Notes under the pieces: generated by a model
Told to the model about the DNA's origin: nothing
The model's input: only the letters and a program-made list of their open reading frames with translations
The model's database searches: none
Part shown: positions 59,734 to 64,000 of the stretch, one piece after another
How the letters are laid out: every line of letters starts with the position of its first letter
Numbering within the stretch: position 1 is the stretch's first letter
Position numbers and translations under genes: made by a program
Source: Rhizobium sp.
GTDB lineage: Bacteria; Pseudomonadota; Alphaproteobacteria; Rhizobiales; Rhizobiaceae
Length of the DNA stretch: 64,000 bases
Direction: 5' to 3'
NCBI GenBank assembly: GCA_002796995.1
Contig: PEKW01000005.1
Coordinates: 512,892-576,891 of the forward strand

Positions 59734-59850
59734 AGTTGATGCACATGGTGGCTTTTTCCTCCCAGTTCCACCGCATCAGCTGTTCCCCTCTGGAGGTTTT
59801 TGACCTTCATAATTAAAGGGCCCTGGAGCAATCCGGCGGCCCTCTTTTTT
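59734..59850 (+). ncRNA. abcR1: AbcR (alpha-r15) small RNA (ends approximate)
   Basis: AGTTGATGCAC...TTCCTCCCAGTTCCACC...GCTGTTCCCCTCTGGAGG; anti-SD loops; Rho-independent terminator; lies between lsrB and arsR. Confidence 0.88.
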
Positions 59851-60019
59851 TGTGCACTCGGCGAATGACGGCGTTCAGCCGGAAGCCGCATCGTGAAATT
59901 TTGTGCAGCAGAGTGTACCAAAATTGGACACTTTTCCATGATCTTTCACGCGAGCGTGAGTTGACCCCCGGCATTCCTACCATATGTGAAACGGCATACA
60001 CCGATACGGACGACGGCTG

Positions 60020-60313
60020 ATGAACCTCGATGAAACTCTCAAAGCGCTTGCACACCCTGCACGCATCGAAATGCTGAACTGGTTGAAGGAGCCGGAACGC
60101 CATTTTGCCGCGCAGCTCCAGCCCCTGGCGCTGGGTGTCAGTGCGGGCCAGTTCGAACGTTGCGGCCTGTCGCAGTCCACCGTTTCAGCCCATCTCGCGA
60201 CGCTGCAGCGCGCAGGCCTGATCTCCTCGACCCGCGTCGGCCAATGGGTGCTCTATCGCCGCAACGAAGATACCATCAACGCCTTCCTCGCCGCCTTGAA
60301 CAAGATACTCTGA
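60020..60313 (+). CDS. ArsR family regulator
   Basis: LKALAHPARIEML...GLSQSTVSAHLATLQRAGLI. Confidence 0.9.
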   Translation: MNLDETLKALAHPARIEMLNWLKEPERHFAAQLQPLALGVSAGQFERCGLSQSTVSAHLATLQRAGLISSTRVGQWVLYRRNEDTINAFLAALNKIL

Positions 60314-60373
60314 AGCACCAGATTTGATCGGCCGGCGCCCTCCTCCCATTCCGTCGGCTTTCTGGAGATCTTC

Positions 60374-61474
60374 ATGACCAGCCTCTTTGATCCGATCCAA
60401 ATCGGAAATATTTCTCTTTCCAACCGCATCGCCATGGCGCCGCTCACCCGCAACCGCTCGCCGGGTGCCGTGCCCAACGATCTCAACGTCACCTATTACG
60501 AACAGCGCGCCTCCGCCGGCCTGCTGATCTCCGAAGGCACCCCGATCAGCCATCAGGGCCAGGGCTATGCGCAGGTACCCGGCCTCTATCTTCCCGAGTC
60601 GCTCGAAGGCTGGAAGCGCGTGACCTCCGCCGTGCATGCCGCCGGCGGCCACATCGCCGCCCAGATCTGGCATGTCGGCCGCGTGTCGCATACCTCCCTC
60701 CAGCCGAATGGCGGCCAGCCCGTCGCCCCGTCGGCCATCCGCGCCAAGTCCAAGACCTATATCGTCCACGAGGACGGCACCGGCGGCTTCGTCGAGACGT
60801 CCGAGCCGCGGGCCCTCACGCTCGACGAGATACCGGGCATTGTCGAGGTCTATCGCCGCGCCGCCCGCGCCGCGATCGACGCCGGTTTCGACGCGATCGA
60901 GATCCACGCCGCCAACGGCTACCTGATCGACCAGTTCCTGCGCTCGAACTCCAACACCCGCACCGACGCCTATGGCGGCTCGATCGAGAACCGCACGCGT
61001 TTCGCCATCGAGGTGGTGGATGCGATCGTCAAGGAAATCGGCGCGGAGCGCACCGGCATCCGGCTTTCGCCCGTGACGGCGGCCAACGACGTCTCCGACC
61101 CCGATCCGCAGCCGCTGTTCAACCACCTCATTGAAAAGCTGGCGGCCTATGACCTCGCCTTCATCCACGTGATCGAAGGCGCCACCGGCGGACCGCGCGA
61201 CAACATTCCCTTCGACTGGGCAGGCTTCAAGGCGGCCTATCGCGCCAAGGGCGGCAAGGCGGCCTGGATGGTCAACAACGGTTATGACCGCGCCATGGCG
61301 ATGGATGCCGTTGCCTCCGGCCGGGCCGACATGGTCTCCTTCGGCAAGGCCTTCATCGCCAATCCGGACCTGGTGCAGCGCCTGAAGGTCGATGCGCCGC
61401 TCAACGAGGCGGACCGCGCGACCTTCTACGGCGGCGGCGCCGACGGCTACACCAACTACCCGAAAATGGCCTGA
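60374..61474 (+). CDS. Old yellow enzyme family alkene reductase (NemA-like)
   Basis: MAPLTRNR, QIWHVGR, EIHAANGYL, DAYGGSIENR. Confidence 0.94.
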   Translation: MTSLFDPIQIGNISLSNRIAMAPLTRNRSPGAVPNDLNVTYYEQRASAGLLISEGTPISHQGQGYAQVPGLYLPESLEGWKRVTSAVHAAGGHIAAQIWHVGRVSHTSLQPNGGQPVAPSAIRAKSKTYIVHEDGTGGFVETSEPRALTLDEIPGIVEVYRRAARAAIDAGFDAIEIHAANGYLIDQFLRSNSNTRTDAYGGSIENRTRFAIEVVDAIVKEIGAERTGIRLSPVTAANDVSDPDPQPLFNHLIEKLAAYDLAFIHVIEGATGGPRDNIPFDWAGFKAAYRAKGGKAAWMVNNGYDRAMAMDAVASGRADMVSFGKAFIANPDLVQRLKVDAPLNEADRATFYGGGADGYTNYPKMA

Positions 61475-61484
61475 TCTGGACGGC

Positions 61485-61518
61485 AGGAACCCCGGCACGT
61501 TACCGGGGTTCCTCCTTT
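61485..61518. terminator. Intrinsic terminator between convergent genes
   Basis: aggaaccccgg / ccggggttcct 11-bp stem. Confidence 0.75.
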
Positions 61519-61925
61519 CAGGCCCTGCGGTCGCCCTGCCCGCCGAACGCCTCGTTCACCAACCCTACGGCCGCGCCCATCATGAAAAGCCCGTTGACCG
61601 GATGCAGTGCCGAGATGAAGGCAAGGCCGAGCTCGCGTCCGAGGATCACCAGCAGGACCTGCAGGCAATAGAGGCTAAACAGCAGAACCGTGTGGCGGCG
61701 ATAGCGGTGCGCTGAAGGGCTCGCCAGCGACAGCGCCAGCAGACCGATGACCGGCAGAGACAGGCCGCCGCCGACCGCCCCGTGCAGCGACCAGAGCGCT
61801 GCGTCGGAGAAGATCGACAACCCGGCGAGGAAGAACTGTCCGCAGATGCCCAAGACCAGCGCCGCAGACAGCAGGCGGATGCCGCGGCCGGCACGGGCCG
61901 TCTGGACGGCCGAAACGGAACTCAT
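61518..61925 (-). CDS. Small membrane protein (DUF6220-like)
   Basis: QFFLAGL...H...LQ...ALHPVNGL; 4 TM segments; ATG overlaps the upstream stop. Confidence 0.75.
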   Translation of the reverse strand: MSSVSAVQTARAGRGIRLLSAALVLGICGQFFLAGLSIFSDAALWSLHGAVGGGLSLPVIGLLALSLASPSAHRYRRHTVLLFSLYCLQVLLVILGRELGLAFISALHPVNGLFMMGAAVGLVNEAFGGQGDRRA

Positions 61926-62956
61926 GCCGACCTCCCGCGCGCGAGGCTTGGCGCGACCTGGGCGGTCGACGGGGTCGTAGCGGGTTTGTCGAGACACCCC
62001 AGCGATGAAAGCGTCGCCCGCACGGCCTCGTCGATGGGAGTCTGCGGCTCGCTTCCAAGCGTCGCCACCAGCCGGGCGTTGCGCATGCGGACCGGCTGGC
62101 GCCACAGATAGCGCATTTCAGCCAGTTCCCGGAACAGCGGCACGAACGGCGAAGCCAGCCGGACCACCATCCACGGAAAGCGCTTGATCTTCAGATCCGG
62201 CTTGCCGGTCACCCGGCGGATTGCCGCCGCCATCTCCGTTCCGTCGGTATCGAAGAAGCCATTCATCTGGAAGCGCGCGAAGGGCGGAAGTCTGTCGGCC
62301 CGCTCGATCAGCTGCATCATGGTTTCGGCGACATCCGGAAGATAGGCCCATTGATGGCCAACGCCGCGCTTGCCGGGATTGGTGACGAAGGCGACCGGCT
62401 TGCCCGGCTTGATCAGCCCCTGCGCAAACCAGTTGTTGCCGGCACCGGGGCCGAAGAAGTCACCGGCGCGGACGATCAGCACCGGCGTACCGCGCCCGGC
62501 CGCCGCTTCGAGACGCTGCTCGAGGGCGACGCGGATCCGGCCCTTGGCCGTCTGCGGGTTCTGCGGGCTATCCTCGTCGATCAGCGGAAAGGCATCGGGG
62601 CCGAAATTGTAGACGGTCCCCGGCATGACGATCCGCGCGCCGACGGCGCCGGCGGCAGCGATCGTATTGTCGATCATCGGCAGAACCAGTTCGCCCCAGT
62701 TGCGATAGCCCGGCGGATTGACGGCATGGACGATCAGGCTGGCCCCTTGCGCGGCCTTGACGACATCCTCGCGGCGCATGGCGTCCCCCGGCACCCATTC
62801 GAACTGCGAATGGCGCAGCGCCATATCCCTGGCATTCCTGTGCATGGCGCGCACGCGGTAGCCTCGGGCGGCAAGCTTTTGAGCCATGGCGCCACCGATC
62901 CCGCCGGTGGCGCCAAGCACGAGAGCAAGCGGCAATTGCATCAATTCCTGTGCCAT
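61922..62956 (-). CDS. NAD(P)-binding extended SDR / epimerase-like protein
   Basis: LVLGATGGIGG, PGTVYNFG, VRAGDFFGP, HQWAYLPD. Confidence 0.9.
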   Translation of the reverse strand: MAQELMQLPLALVLGATGGIGGAMAQKLAARGYRVRAMHRNARDMALRHSQFEWVPGDAMRREDVVKAAQGASLIVHAVNPPGYRNWGELVLPMIDNTIAAAGAVGARIVMPGTVYNFGPDAFPLIDEDSPQNPQTAKGRIRVALEQRLEAAAGRGTPVLIVRAGDFFGPGAGNNWFAQGLIKPGKPVAFVTNPGKRGVGHQWAYLPDVAETMMQLIERADRLPPFARFQMNGFFDTDGTEMAAAIRRVTGKPDLKIKRFPWMVVRLASPFVPLFRELAEMRYLWRQPVRMRNARLVATLGSEPQTPIDEAVRATLSSLGCLDKPATTPSTAQVAPSLARGRSA

Positions 62957-63058
62957 GACGTGTCTCCTGTGTCCGGCATGTTTGCGATGACTGGAGTATC
63001 GCCTGCAGCGGAATTATACGGAATTGCCTATTTTTCTGGGTTTGCTATACATATTCGA

Positions 63059-63952
63059 ATGACAGAGCCGAACGCGAACTGGGACTATTACCGCACCTTT
63101 CTTGCCGTGCTGCGCGAGGGATCGCTGTCGGCTGCCGCCAGGGACCTGGGCCTGACCCAGCCGACCGTCGGCCGGCATATCGATGCGCTGGAAGCACTCT
63201 CCGGCGCTCCGCTCTTCCTGCGCTCGCAGCAGGGCCTGCTGCCGACGGAAACCGCGCAACAAATGAAGCCCTATGCCGAGACGATGGCGGCCACCGCGGC
63301 AAGCCTCGCGCGTGCGGCGAGCGGCCAGCCCGGCAGCGTCACCGGCACGGTGCGCATCAGCGCCAGCGAGGTGATCGGCATCGAAGTCCTGCCGCCGATC
63401 ATAGCCGAGCTTCAGGAACGCCATCCCGCCCTCAATGTGGAACTCTCGGTCTCGGACGCCGTCGAGGACCTGCTGCGCCAGGAGGCCGATATCGCCGTGC
63501 GCATGGTGCCGCCGTCGCAGGGCGCGCTGGTGAGCCGCCGGATCGCCGCCATCCCGCTCGGACTGCATGCGCACCGCCGCTATCTCGAGCGCCACGGCAC
63601 GCCGACCGGGCTCGACCAACTCTCCTCCCACCGGCTGATCGGCTTCGACCGACAGCTCGCCTATATCCGGGCGATCCTCAAGGACAAGCCGATGCTCGCC
63701 GACATCCATTTTTCCATGCGCACCGACAGTAATCTCGCCCAGATGGCGATGATCCGGGCGGGCGGTGGCATCGGCATGTGCCAGAACACGCTTGCCCGGC
63801 GCGATCCCGACCTCGTGCCGGTCCTGGCCGACGCCATCGAATTGTCGCTGGAAACCTATGTCGTCATGCATGAGAACCTGAAGACGGCGGCCCGCTGCCG
63901 CGTTGCCTTCGACGCATTGGTGGCCGGGCTGCTCGACTATGTTTCCCGATGA
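63059..63952 (+). CDS. LysR family regulator
   Basis: WDYYRTFLAVLREGSLSAAARDLGLTQPTVGRHI; DLLRQEADIAVR. Confidence 0.93.
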   Translation: MTEPNANWDYYRTFLAVLREGSLSAAARDLGLTQPTVGRHIDALEALSGAPLFLRSQQGLLPTETAQQMKPYAETMAATAASLARAASGQPGSVTGTVRISASEVIGIEVLPPIIAELQERHPALNVELSVSDAVEDLLRQEADIAVRMVPPSQGALVSRRIAAIPLGLHAHRRYLERHGTPTGLDQLSSHRLIGFDRQLAYIRAILKDKPMLADIHFSMRTDSNLAQMAMIRAGGGIGMCQNTLARRDPDLVPVLADAIELSLETYVVMHENLKTAARCRVAFDALVAGLLDYVSR

Positions 63953-63962
63953 GGAGAATGGG

Positions 63963-64000
63963 ATGACCGAAATCTCACGCGCCGAACGCGACGCGTCGGC
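63963..64000 (+). CDS. Start of a CDS truncated by the window end
   Basis: GAGGAG RBS, then ATGACCGAAATC (MTEISRAERDAS). Confidence 0.45.
   Translation, partial: MTEISRAERDAS

Noticed and set aside
62351-63058. Long N-terminal extension of the LysR ORF (also the upstream extensions of ORFs 1465..2103, 3217..4890 and 8783..9292)
   Set aside because: The extensions overlap other genuine genes or spacers; domain starts and RBSs point to the later start codons.

Overview
High-GC chromosomal window from an alphaproteobacterium, very probably Rhizobiaceae: the greA-lpsB...lrp-trxB-lsrB-AbcR-arsR synteny, dnaG/rpoD, split carA/carB and tRNA-Ile2(CAT) are all present. Several accessory modules sit among the core genes. 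(1) A divergent ECF sigma/anti-sigma locus with two secreted EF-hand proteins and a BA14K protein, where two back-to-back copies of the motif CGCGTAGGAG-N14-CGTA look like the sigma factor's own promoters. (2) A GntR-associated HAAT-type ABC uptake and catabolic cluster with two QFHWW-type aldo-keto reductases (one fused to a Rid domain lacking the catalytic Arg) and a TIGR04076-like Cys protein. (3) A ~1.96 kb lower-GC islet integrated in the 3' end of tRNA-Ile2. It has a 15-bp att duplication and repeated arm-like CGT(C/T)ACCCC motifs but no integrase, and carries a Zn-ribbon/DUF4145 (HEPN-like) gene coupled to an unknown gene, a candidate defence module. (4) Two toxin-antitoxin modules with a broken toxin and an intact antitoxin (brnT/brnA; DUF4258/DUF2283). 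(5) A surface-glycan cassette between lpsB and lrp encoding KpsS-like, CstII-like, GT29-like and pyruvyltransferase proteins. No CRISPR array, transposase or integrase was seen. All family assignments come from motif recognition by eye; no database searches were run.
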